NCBI GenBank assembly: GCA_965205975.1
Contig: OZ242195.1
Coordinates: 4,992,001 to 5,056,000 of the forward strand
Reading direction: 5' to 3'
From: Candidatus Latescibacterota bacterium
GTDB taxonomy: Bacteria > Latescibacterota > UBA2968
Length of the DNA stretch: 64,000 nucleotides
A model generated the notes under the pieces. That model saw only the letters and a program-made list of their open reading frames with translations. It did not search any database and was not told where the DNA came from. Positions 28,422 to 37,976 of the stretch are shown here, one piece after another (position 1 is the first letter of the stretch; each line of letters opens with the position of its first letter). A program made the translations under genes and the position numbers.

Positions 28422-30476
28422 ATGCCAAAAGACTTTAACGACAAATTGATCGAGTTGCTCAAAACCGATGTCCGTTTTATCGACGAAGAAGGCGAGTTGG
28501 TCAAGGCGGCGGTGATTGATCGAGCCTGGAAGATTGACCATGGCCTTGTAAGGCTGCTGCTTGGTGATGCGAATATCAAGGCAAAATTCTTTGACGAGAT
28601 CGAAGGCCACTGGATTTTCAATCTTAACACCTTCATTGAATACGTTTCCGATAAGAACTTTCTCGCCGATTCATACACTCGATTCCGCAACAGAATCGGC
28701 TTAAATATCGACGATAAATTTCTACAGGAGCGAGGCGAGGTGTCCCTGGTATGGCCGTATAAGGATTGCATGCTGGAAGGCGGGCAGACCAAAGAAGAGG
28801 AAAAGCGCAAAGAGATTTTCTTCAATGAAATTTTGGCACAGGACGAGATTGACCGGCTATTTGATCCGAAGGTATTGACCCAATGGAAACGCTATACGGT
28901 AGATGGCGAAGAGGACGTGATGGGGTTGAGGCGCGATGTGCGCGGTACCATCCGTGAGAACCTGATTATCAAGGGCAATAACTTGGTGGCATTGCACACG
29001 CTCAAACAGCAGTTCTATGGCAAGGTAAAGCTGATTTATATTGACCCGCCGTATAATAGAGGAGATGACTCGTTCGGCTATAACGACCACTTTACCCATT
29101 CGAGTTGGTTGACGTTTATGAAAAGTCGGTTGGAAGTTGCCAAGGAGTTGTTGAGGGATGACGGAGTTATTTTTGTTCAATGCGACGATAATGAGCAAGC
29201 ATATTTAAAGGTATTGATGGATGAAGTATTTGGGAGAGATAACTTTGTGGCAAGTTTAATTTGGCGTAAGCGAACGGGTGGGGGTAGTGACAGTAAAAAT
29301 ATTTCTATAGAACACGAATATTTAATGACTTATCTAAAAAACAGACAAATTGCTTTTCTAAATAGATTAAATTCAAATCCTAAAAATTATCCCAAAAAGG
29401 ATGCCCTTGGTCATTATACAACGAAGCCACTTCACAACGATGGATTACAAGACAGTAAAGGACTTCATTACGATATAAAATGTCCCGATGGTTCCTTTTT
29501 GAAAGGAGAAGATCATCAGTGGGTGTATAGCCAGAAAAATTTTCTTGAAAAGAAAAATCAGAATAGAATTGAGTTTAAAAAAAAGAATGGGGAATGGAAA
29601 GTGTATTACAAATTATATATGCATGAATCAAAGGGCAGTATCCCTTATTCTATATTGTATAATTTAGCATATAATAAAGATGGAACAAAAGAAATGGGAG
29701 ATATCTTTAAAAATAAAAAAGCCTTCACAAATCCTAAACCAGAACGTCTCCTTCAGCACATCATCCGTATCGGTTCCAAAGAAACCGATATCGTCCTCGA
29801 CTTCTTTGCCGGTTCTGCCACCACTGCCGCAGTCGCCCACAAGATGAACCGCCAATGGATCACTGTTGAACAGATGGATTATGTGGAAACCATACCCGTT
29901 GAGCGATTAAAGAAAGTTGTCGGAAAAAGAATAAAGGTGAAGGACAAACTACCTGAAAAGATTGAATATGACACTGGCGGTATATCTGAATCCGTCTCCT
30001 GGAAGGGCGGTGGCGATTTTGTCTATTGTGAATTGATGCAATACAACGAAGTCTATATGGATAAAATTCAAGCCGCGCAATCTTCAAAAGAGCTTGTAGA
30101 ACTATGGCGAAATATTGCTGAAAACTCATTTTTGAATTGGTATGTGAATCCTGAAATGCCGGAAGATGCGGTTGATACTTTTATCGCCATCGGCGAAGGC
30201 GAAAATGGGGTGAGCAAACAGAAGAAGTTGCTGGTGGAACTGCTGGACAAGAATCAGTTGTATGTGAATCTTTCGGAGATTGACGACGAGGAATTTGGCA
30301 TAAGCGCGGAAGACAAGGAATTAAACGAGGAGTTCTACGGACAGGATCCCGACGAGGGGTTGGAATTGCGCGACGAATTTGTCGCAGAACTCCAGCAGAC
30401 CATCGCCGATGTGGAAGCCGGTGGAAAGACTACCCCTGCCGAGAAAGTCGCCGAAAAATCGGGGCTTAATTGGTAA
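28422..30476 (+). CDS. mod: type III R-M DNA methyltransferase (Mod subunit)
   Basis: motif IV IYIDPPY precedes motif I LDFFAGSATT (beta order), NLIIKGNNL, PKPERLL; ATG 28422 after AAGGA (ORF-track start 28404). Confidence 0.88.
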   Translation: MPKDFNDKLIELLKTDVRFIDEEGELVKAAVIDRAWKIDHGLVRLLLGDANIKAKFFDEIEGHWIFNLNTFIEYVSDKNFLADSYTRFRNRIGLNIDDKFLQERGEVSLVWPYKDCMLEGGQTKEEEKRKEIFFNEILAQDEIDRLFDPKVLTQWKRYTVDGEEDVMGLRRDVRGTIRENLIIKGNNLVALHTLKQQFYGKVKLIYIDPPYNRGDDSFGYNDHFTHSSWLTFMKSRLEVAKELLRDDGVIFVQCDDNEQAYLKVLMDEVFGRDNFVASLIWRKRTGGGSDSKNISIEHEYLMTYLKNRQIAFLNRLNSNPKNYPKKDALGHYTTKPLHNDGLQDSKGLHYDIKCPDGSFLKGEDHQWVYSQKNFLEKKNQNRIEFKKKNGEWKVYYKLYMHESKGSIPYSILYNLAYNKDGTKEMGDIFKNKKAFTNPKPERLLQHIIRIGSKETDIVLDFFAGSATTAAVAHKMNRQWITVEQMDYVETIPVERLKKVVGKRIKVKDKLPEKIEYDTGGISESVSWKGGGDFVYCELMQYNEVYMDKIQAAQSSKELVELWRNIAENSFLNWYVNPEMPEDAVDTFIAIGEGENGVSKQKKLLVELLDKNQLYVNLSEIDDEEFGISAEDKELNEEFYGQDPDEGLELRDEFVAELQQTIADVEAGGKTTPAEKVAEKSGLNW

Positions 30477-30534
30477 TGCGAGAGATTGAAGTCTACCGGG
30501 TCCGGCATCGGCGAGAAGTGTACAGAGATTAGAT

Positions 30535-33123
30535 ATGATGGCGAATAATTTTTTATATGAAGAGTTAGATTCCTTTTCCAACTTCGGGGGATTAAACAAA
30601 GAAATCCCTTCCTACCTCAAAGACAATCTGAATCCCAAATTTGAACTTCGCCCTTATCAAGAAGAGGCATTTACCCGGTTCTTTCACTGTTTTGATAACG
30701 AGTTTCCCGGCAAGGAACGGCCACTGCATTTTCTGTTCAACATGGCGACAGGCAGTGGCAAAACCCTCATCATGGCGGGGCTGATTCTCTACTTGTATGA
30801 AAAGGGCTATCGAAACTTTCTCTTTTTCGTCAATTCTACCAATATCATCGAAAAGACGCGGGACAATTTCCTCAACTCTGCCAGTATCAAATACCTGTTT
30901 AACACGGAAATTCACATCGCCAACCGCTCCGTGCGGGTCACGCCAGTAGAGAACTTCGAGTCGGTTAATCCCAACGATGTCAATATCTGTTTCACCACCA
31001 TCCAAAAACTACACTCCGATCTGACCACTGAAAAAGAAAATGCCATTACTTTTGAAGACTTCCGCAAGCACAGGATTGTGTTGATTGCCGATGAAGCCCA
31101 TCACATGAACGTTACGACCAAATCTCAGCGGGAGATGTTCGAGAGTTGGGAAAATACCGTCGAGCGCATCTTCACTCAGAATGAAGATAATCTCCTGCTG
31201 GAGTTCACCGCCACGCACGATTACGAGACGCCTGCGATGGTGGAAAAATACCGCAACAAGGTGTTATATCGCTATGACTTGTTGCAGTTCCGCAACGACC
31301 GTTTTTCAAAAGATGTGGTCATTGTGCAATCCGACTTCGACCTGAACGAGCGTATCCTACAGGCTCTGATTCTCAGTCAGTACAAACAGGAAGTGGCGGC
31401 GAAATATCAGATCAACCTCAAACCCGTGATTTTATTCAAAGCACAGCGTACGATTGCACAATCGGAAGAGAACAAGGCCAACTTTCACACACTCGTTGAT
31501 GGTCTCACTGCAGACCATATCGCCCGGATTCGCAGATCAAATATTCCCCTTGTTCAGCGGGCGTTTCAATTCTTTGATGATCACAATATCAGTGACGCGC
31601 AGTTGGCAGAACGCTTGAAGCGAGTATTTCATGAAGATTACTGCATCTCGGTCAACGCGGAAAAAGAGAAGGAGAACTACCAAATACTGGTCAACACGCT
31701 CGAAGACCGAGACAATCTCATCCGCGCTATTTTTGCCGTACAAAAACTCAATGAGGGGTGGGATGTGCTGAACCTGTTCGACATTGTTCGCTGTTACGAA
31801 GTGCGGGACTCTGGAAAGAATAGAATTGGGAGAACAACCATTTCCGAAGCACAACTCATTGGTCGCGGAGCGCGTTATTTCCCTTTTGTTTTACCCGAGA
31901 ACACGGACCGCTTCTGTCGGAAATTTGACTATGACCTCGAAAATGAACTGCGTGTCTTGGAAGAGTTGCATTATCACAGTATCCATGATTCCCGCTATAT
32001 TTCCGAACTTCGTACCGCGCTGGTTGAACAGGGCATGATGGATGAGCGCGAAGTGACCCGCAAACTGAACCTCAAAGACCCGTTCAAGCAGACCGATTTC
32101 TACAAATATGGTGTGGTCTGGCTCAATGACCGTCTTCCTAAAAATTATCAGAGGGTACAATCTTTTGAAGATTTAGGCGTGACGATGCAAAACTACGTTC
32201 ATACCATCGCCGCAGGTCACGGCGGCACACAAACAGTTTTGGCAAGCGAACATCAGGGCGCAATTGTAAAAGACGAAAACCGTCGGGATATGAAGGTTAA
32301 AGACATCGGGCGGAACATTGTTCAATCTGCTATTGCACGCAATCCGTTCTTTACATTCGCGTCCCTCAGACGCTATTTCCCCAATATAGCATCTATCCGA
32401 GAATTCATTAGTTCTGAAAATTATCTTGGGGGCTTGGAGATCACCTTTGAAGGCCAGGTGTCTGCGCTGCAAGACAACCGTGCTGAACAACGCGAAGCAG
32501 TGTGTGGTCTGTTGCACCAAATTGAATCCGAAATACGCCAACAAATTACCGAATACGAAGGCTCGCGAGATTTCAGGCGCGATAGGGTGCATAAAATCTT
32601 CAAGGATAAAGTGTTAAAATTTGATGTTCAAAATCCGCAGGCTGAAGAGGACGCGCAATTCGCGCATTTCGTATCTTCCAAAGAGTGGTTTGCGTTCAAT
32701 ACGGTTTACGGCACAAGCGAAGAAAAGGCATTTGTGCGAATGCTCGACCGCCAGATGGTCACGCTAACAGAAGATTACGACGAGATATATCTGTTGCGAA
32801 ACGAGAGGCATTTCAAAATTTACAATTTTGACGATGGACAGGCATTTGAGCCAGATTTTGTTCTGTTCCTGCGCGAACAAGATGGAAACATGCTTACCTA
32901 TCAGATGTTTATTGAATCCAAAGGGAAGCATCTGAAAGAGAGTGACCGTTGGAAGGAAATCTTCTTACAGGAGATCACTTCTGAGTTTGACTGCCAAACC
33001 TTGACGTTTGAGGACGAGAAATACCGTTTGATAGGCGTGCCGTTTTACAACAACGAAGATGAAAATAAGTTTAAGGACAGCCTGTATCAGGCATTAAAAA
33101 TAAATGACCACGAGCCAATATAG
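30535..33123 (+). CDS. res: type III R-M restriction subunit (SF2 helicase + C-terminal nuclease)
   Basis: LRPYQ, MATGSGKT, DEAH, FTAT, LNEGWD, QLIGRGAR, FEPDF...IESKG. Confidence 0.88.
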   Translation: MMANNFLYEELDSFSNFGGLNKEIPSYLKDNLNPKFELRPYQEEAFTRFFHCFDNEFPGKERPLHFLFNMATGSGKTLIMAGLILYLYEKGYRNFLFFVNSTNIIEKTRDNFLNSASIKYLFNTEIHIANRSVRVTPVENFESVNPNDVNICFTTIQKLHSDLTTEKENAITFEDFRKHRIVLIADEAHHMNVTTKSQREMFESWENTVERIFTQNEDNLLLEFTATHDYETPAMVEKYRNKVLYRYDLLQFRNDRFSKDVVIVQSDFDLNERILQALILSQYKQEVAAKYQINLKPVILFKAQRTIAQSEENKANFHTLVDGLTADHIARIRRSNIPLVQRAFQFFDDHNISDAQLAERLKRVFHEDYCISVNAEKEKENYQILVNTLEDRDNLIRAIFAVQKLNEGWDVLNLFDIVRCYEVRDSGKNRIGRTTISEAQLIGRGARYFPFVLPENTDRFCRKFDYDLENELRVLEELHYHSIHDSRYISELRTALVEQGMMDEREVTRKLNLKDPFKQTDFYKYGVVWLNDRLPKNYQRVQSFEDLGVTMQNYVHTIAAGHGGTQTVLASEHQGAIVKDENRRDMKVKDIGRNIVQSAIARNPFFTFASLRRYFPNIASIREFISSENYLGGLEITFEGQVSALQDNRAEQREAVCGLLHQIESEIRQQITEYEGSRDFRRDRVHKIFKDKVLKFDVQNPQAEEDAQFAHFVSSKEWFAFNTVYGTSEEKAFVRMLDRQMVTLTEDYDEIYLLRNERHFKIYNFDDGQAFEPDFVLFLREQDGNMLTYQMFIESKGKHLKESDRWKEIFLQEITSEFDCQTLTFEDEKYRLIGVPFYNNEDENKFKDSLYQALKINDHEPI

Positions 33124-33140
33124 GAACGATGGTATAGAAT

Positions 33141-34709
33141 TTACTTCAGCGCGTTCATGTTATTCTCGGGCCTGGTATAGTCGATAAACTCGGTCGGATT
33201 TGTTCCATTGAGGTATTCCTCAATGTTGGTGTATCCGTCGTTGTCCTTGTCCTTTGAGGTGTTGGCAGCGTCATGCGGATCAAACCCATATCTCTTTTCC
33301 CATTCGTCTGGCATACCGTCCGCATCACTGTCAAGCGGGGCAGGCAGACTTTTGAGTTCGGGCCACCCACCAACATCTGTCTGTGAATCAATAATACCGC
33401 ATTTTTTTGATTCATCAGGCACGCGGTTATTCTTCTCGTATGTTCCGCCTTCATAAGTGGCATAGCCATTACGGGTTTCGTCAATAATGCGTGTATCCAC
33501 TGCATCGCGTTTGGGCAGTGAGGCACCTGCATTCTCAAGAACAGCGTGATAGGCATCTTCAGCCGTTTGCTGGTTGATAGGTATAGCGTCAAAAGGTTGG
33601 TCGAGTTTTAATTTTGGAATATGTGAACTACCGCCATGAGGCTGCACACCACCGTCCCAGTTATTGGCTGTAACTGCTGTGTTTCCATAAACAACGTTAT
33701 CGGCAACATACCATTTGCCGAAATCATTAGCTGAATTACGTGAATACGGATTGACAATTCGGTGTGTCACCTCACCCGAACGGGTTGCAGGTCCCGGCTT
33801 GTAGTAATTGGCTACCATGTTGACTACGGTAAAGTTAAACTTCTCATTGCCTGTCTGTTGTTTTTCACCACCATAGGCACTGTTATAACCCCAGTTGTAC
33901 ACCACGTTGTTTCTGAAATCGTTATATCCGCAACCAGAAGCAAAACGCGGATTCCGGCTGGTGTGGTGCGCCAGCAGGTTGTGATGATACGTGCTGCGGT
34001 TTGATCCCCATATTCCTCCGAACCCATGGGTGCCTTTAACATGGCCAGCATCGTACAAACTTTCGGATATCAGACACCATTGAATGGTTACATTTTCGCA
34101 ATGGTAAATAGACACCGTTTCATCAATACTCCAACTCGCCGACACATGATCAAGGATAATGTTCTTGTGATACCTGCCGGATATGGCATCTGAATCATCG
34201 CCGGTTTCATCTCCCAATCTTACCCTTATATACCTGATAATAACTTCGCTGGTATTAATTGAGAGCGGATATCTCCTGATGCAAATCCCATCACCTGGGG
34301 CGGTTTGTCCGGCGATGGTGATGTACGGGTTGGAGATGGTCAAACGCTTTTCAAGAGTAATCGTTCCAGAGACCTCGAACACAACGATGCGTGGTCCTTC
34401 AGTTTCGCAGGCATGGCGCAAGCTGCCTGGTCCGGAGTCGTTCAGGTTCGTTACAATGATGACTTTTCCACCCCTACCGCCGCGCGTCATTGCGCCATAA
34501 CCTTCGGCACCCGGAAATGCTGGAATAGATGGAATATCTTCTGCATATACATTCGGAATCAGTGCGAGAATACCAATACACATAAAAAGCAAATAGATGT
34601 GCAGAAGTATCGGCTGGCAAACATAGATTCGGTGATTGGTGTCAACAGGGATGTGAAATGTATCTAACGTGAGTTCCGTAGTTGAGGGATTACGTTCTAT
34701 GACAGACAT
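33141..34709 (-). CDS. secreted pectate lyase-like (PL1-type) protein with Ca-binding repeats
   Basis: PAFPGAEGYG, GGRGGKV, AGQTAPGDG, DHVSASWSIDE, RNPR, DSDADGMPDEWE; AAGGAG RBS. Confidence 0.82.
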   Translation of the reverse strand: MSVIERNPSTTELTLDTFHIPVDTNHRIYVCQPILLHIYLLFMCIGILALIPNVYAEDIPSIPAFPGAEGYGAMTRGGRGGKVIIVTNLNDSGPGSLRHACETEGPRIVVFEVSGTITLEKRLTISNPYITIAGQTAPGDGICIRRYPLSINTSEVIIRYIRVRLGDETGDDSDAISGRYHKNIILDHVSASWSIDETVSIYHCENVTIQWCLISESLYDAGHVKGTHGFGGIWGSNRSTYHHNLLAHHTSRNPRFASGCGYNDFRNNVVYNWGYNSAYGGEKQQTGNEKFNFTVVNMVANYYKPGPATRSGEVTHRIVNPYSRNSANDFGKWYVADNVVYGNTAVTANNWDGGVQPHGGSSHIPKLKLDQPFDAIPINQQTAEDAYHAVLENAGASLPKRDAVDTRIIDETRNGYATYEGGTYEKNNRVPDESKKCGIIDSQTDVGGWPELKSLPAPLDSDADGMPDEWEKRYGFDPHDAANTSKDKDNDGYTNIEEYLNGTNPTEFIDYTRPENNMNALK

Positions 34710-34781
34710 GATGCTCCTTTATGATTTTGTTTGTTGGTACAAATCCGGATTTTTATACCTTTTTACGAAGTATGATAACTC

Positions 34782-36140
34782 TTAACCGCGCAACCAGGCT
34801 CCTTCTGTGAATCTCTCGCCTAACCGACGGCTAAGTTTTGTTGCGATATCCGGATTTTCACGGGCGATATTGTTCAGTTCATTTGGATCGTTTTCCAGGT
34901 CATAAAGCTCATTGATATCGTTTTGGTTTTCGACCAGTTTGTGTGTTTTGGTGCGGATCAATCTGAAACGACCAATTTGGCTGACCGATTCTGTGCGGTG
35001 ATCATTCGTCTCGCCTCTCAAGACGGGTCCCAGTGACTTTGCGTCGATATTTTCCTGTGGTGGCAACCCGGCCCATTCGCAGATTGTCGCGTTGGTGTCG
35101 ATTAGTTCTACGGGTTCTGCCGATACCCTGCCCCCTTCAATACCAGGTCCAGCCACAATAAGCGGCACGCGCAACGAAGCCTCATAGGGTACGCTCTTGC
35201 CGTAAAGCCCGTGGTCGCCGAGCATTTCACCGTGGTCGCTGGCAAAGATAATGTAAGTGTTGTCCATCATGCCCCGCTTTTCAACCGCGTCTAATATTTC
35301 GCCAATCTGAGCGTCAATCAGTTCGATATACGCACAATATTGCCGTCGCGTCTCCAGGATCTCAGCCCCGGTCAGACCTTTTCTGCTATTTTCAACATTT
35401 CTGGGTTTACCTTTACTTGTTGCGGGAATCGGAACTGGCATTTCAGCATTGCGATATCGATCTGCATATTCGGTCGGGGGATCAAATGGGCTGTGTGGTC
35501 CCACAAAACTCACGAATAAATGCCAGGGGAAATCGTCTGGTATATCTTTGATCCACTGTACAGATCGCTGTCCGATGTACGTATCTGCAAATGCTTCGGT
35601 CGGCAGTACCGAATCGTGACATGAGGCGGGACCACTGCGCGCTGAATAATCATCGACAAATGCATTGAGTAGTCCTTTTTCTTTTAAAAAATGATTGTAG
35701 GGTCCCTGGGGAATTCTGCCCCTGCCCGCGTGGCTTTTGCCTTCAACTTCAACGGGATGCGTAAACCCCCACATATACGTAGCTGGTCTGTTGCCATCGC
35801 GTCCATTGTACCCATCGGGTTTTGCCAGATCCAGTTTGCCCACGCAGCCTACGTAGTAATTGTGATCGCGTAGCCGTTGGTAATACGTTGTGGCTGTGCG
35901 TGGCAGAAAATTGTTGTTGCCAAGTGCCCCCAGACGAACGGGTTGTAGGCCGGATGCGACCGCAATGCGAGATGGCGCGCAAACCGGGCAATTTGTCGTG
36001 CATTGTGTAAATTGAATGCCGCGCTCTGCCAGCCGGTCCAGATTGGGTGTTTTGACAAAATCAGCACCCATTGATCCCAGATAGTCCCATCGGTGTTGGT
36101 CGTCCATGATGTAAAGAATATTTGGTCGATTCTGAGACAT
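34782..36140 (-). CDS. sulfatase (formylglycine-dependent)
   Basis: RPNILYIMDDQHR, CAPSR, GPHSPFDPP, SDHGEMLGDHG, ELYDLENDPNE; AGGAGA RBS before ATG 36140. Confidence 0.9.
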   Translation of the reverse strand: MSQNRPNILYIMDDQHRWDYLGSMGADFVKTPNLDRLAERGIQFTQCTTNCPVCAPSRIAVASGLQPVRLGALGNNNFLPRTATTYYQRLRDHNYYVGCVGKLDLAKPDGYNGRDGNRPATYMWGFTHPVEVEGKSHAGRGRIPQGPYNHFLKEKGLLNAFVDDYSARSGPASCHDSVLPTEAFADTYIGQRSVQWIKDIPDDFPWHLFVSFVGPHSPFDPPTEYADRYRNAEMPVPIPATSKGKPRNVENSRKGLTGAEILETRRQYCAYIELIDAQIGEILDAVEKRGMMDNTYIIFASDHGEMLGDHGLYGKSVPYEASLRVPLIVAGPGIEGGRVSAEPVELIDTNATICEWAGLPPQENIDAKSLGPVLRGETNDHRTESVSQIGRFRLIRTKTHKLVENQNDINELYDLENDPNELNNIARENPDIATKLSRRLGERFTEGAWLRG

Positions 36141-36269
36141 AGGTTCTCCTTTGGTATTGAGAGATTGACTTAATGATTTGATTTTTAGATTGTTTTCAGA
36201 TACTATGTCCATTGGCTTTGTTATGATACAAAAATTTTATGTTTGCGTAAACAGCGTATCAACTCTTAT

Positions 36270-36947
36270 ATGACATCCCTAATCGTTTTTGTCAAAAATC
36301 CAATTCCCGGTGCGGTTAAGACCCGCTTGCAGACGCGCTATGCTCCCGATCAGATTGCAGCCCTGTACACTGCGTTTGTGCGCGATGTGCTGGCGCGGGT
36401 CGAAAGTATTGATGTTGATCGACGGGTGATCGCTTTTGATCCGCCCGATGCAGAGTCCGAGGTCCGCGCACTTTTTGGTGGTGGGAAGGCTCAATGGCAG
36501 TTCGTTCCCCAGATGCAGGATGATCTCGGTGTTCGCATGTGCGAAGCTCTTGTTCAAGAACTCGACGCTGGTGCATCAGCAGCCGTTCTTATTGGTACGG
36601 ATATCCCCTCTCTTCCAGCCCACCATATTACACAGGCATTCGATTTGCTGCGTGCCAAGGATGTTGTTTTAGGTCCGAGTACAGATGGCGGATACTATCT
36701 CGTTGGCGTTTCAAAATACACACCGGAAATTTTTGAGAATGTGGAATGGAGTACGCCCAGTGTTTTGTCGCAGACTATTGACCGCGTTCAGCGCGCGGGG
36801 AATACGCTCGGTCTCGTTCCGCCCTGGTTTGACGTGGATACGCCCGAGGAGCTCGATCTTCTTCTCGCCCATGCGCGTGCGACAAAACTCGCTACGGGCA
36901 TAGATCCCCTACCGTACACGCATGCCTGCTTGTCGAACTTGACTTGA
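36270..36947 (+). CDS. TIGR04282/DUF2064-family glycosyltransferase-like protein
   Basis: FVKNPIPGAVKTRL, DLGVRM, IGTDIP, VLGPSTDGGYYLVG, WST, DVDT. Confidence 0.82.
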   Translation: MTSLIVFVKNPIPGAVKTRLQTRYAPDQIAALYTAFVRDVLARVESIDVDRRVIAFDPPDAESEVRALFGGGKAQWQFVPQMQDDLGVRMCEALVQELDAGASAAVLIGTDIPSLPAHHITQAFDLLRAKDVVLGPSTDGGYYLVGVSKYTPEIFENVEWSTPSVLSQTIDRVQRAGNTLGLVPPWFDVDTPEELDLLLAHARATKLATGIDPLPYTHACLSNLT

Positions 36948-36967
36948 TCTTTTTGGGCGCGTATCTT
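36939..36967 (+). promoter_or_regulatory. putative sigma70 promoter of the sugar ABC operon
   Basis: TTGACT-17 bp-TATCTT. Confidence 0.45.
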
Positions 36968-36999
36968 GCGAAGTCATCATTTCGAGATAGGAGTTCTCA

Positions 37000-37968
37000 A
37001 TGGTTATTCGCTATATTCTCGCGCTTTTCTTTGCTTTTTCTTGTCTGCACCCCGCAATTGCTCAGGAGCGCTACAAATTTGCTTTTGTCACGCATGGTGG
37101 GCCGGGAAATCCTTTCTGGAATGTGGTGATTAAGGGTATGGAAGATGCGGCCAAGCGTTATGATGTCGATGTGCAATGGTTGAGTAATCCCACATTTTCA
37201 ATCGCGGATATGCCCAATTTTCTCGATGACGCTATTGCAAACAAGGTCAATGGCATTGGTATTACGTGCCCGGATCCCGAAGCCATTCGAGAGAGCGTTG
37301 AGCGCGCACACGCGGCGGGTATTCCCATTATTGTGCTCAATACGGCGGATCCCAACGCGGGGGGAGATCATGCACTGCCCACGCAATTTTACGTGGGTGC
37401 CAGCGAGTATCTCGGCGGTCAATCCAATGCAAGAGCTATTCTCGCCGAGGCGGAAAAGCGCGGTGTCTCGATTCAACGCGCGATATGTCCTATACAGGAA
37501 CTCGGGCACAGTGGTCTCGAAGCGCGATTTGCCGGATTTTCGAGTATTTTTGAGGAGAGAGGCATTGTGGTTGATGGCTTGACCATATCTAATGATGTCG
37601 AGCAGTCTGCGGGCTTGTTGCGCGACTATTTTCTCGGGCATCCCGAAACCAATGCCATCGCTACCCTGGGACCCCTGCCAGCGGATGCTTTTTATCTTTT
37701 TGTTGAGGAAGAGGGGAAAGAGGCCAGCGAAATTTTGCATGTTACCCACGATACGAGTACGTCTATATTTGATCATATTCGGAGGGGATATACGGTTCAG
37801 GCTGTCGATCAACAGCCCTATTTGCAGGGTTATCTGACAGTTTCTTTTCTTTATTTGAATAATGCTTACGGTCTCACTCTCGCACAGGATGTGCTTACAG
37901 GTCCGTTCGCCATCAATGCAACAAATGTTGATCGCATTGCCAGATTAGTGGCCGCAGGTTATAGATAG
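37000..37968 (+). CDS. sugar/inositol ABC transporter substrate-binding protein
   Basis: signal peptide, VTHG-PFWNVV, DQQPYLQGY. Confidence 0.88.
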   Translation: MVIRYILALFFAFSCLHPAIAQERYKFAFVTHGGPGNPFWNVVIKGMEDAAKRYDVDVQWLSNPTFSIADMPNFLDDAIANKVNGIGITCPDPEAIRESVERAHAAGIPIIVLNTADPNAGGDHALPTQFYVGASEYLGGQSNARAILAEAEKRGVSIQRAICPIQELGHSGLEARFAGFSSIFEERGIVVDGLTISNDVEQSAGLLRDYFLGHPETNAIATLGPLPADAFYLFVEEEGKEASEILHVTHDTSTSIFDHIRRGYTVQAVDQQPYLQGYLTVSFLYLNNAYGLTLAQDVLTGPFAINATNVDRIARLVAAGYR

Positions 37969-37976
37969 GATTTCTG

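Noticed and set aside
29577..29584. A8 tract in mod as a phase-variation switch
   Set aside because: Short, lies in an AT-rich Lys-coding stretch, frame intact; no simple-sequence repeat typical of phasevarions
36270..36947. Arsenosugar biosynthesis cluster suggested by the TIGR04282-like gene
   Set aside because: No partner glycosyltransferase, radical SAM or arsenite methyltransferase genes adjacent
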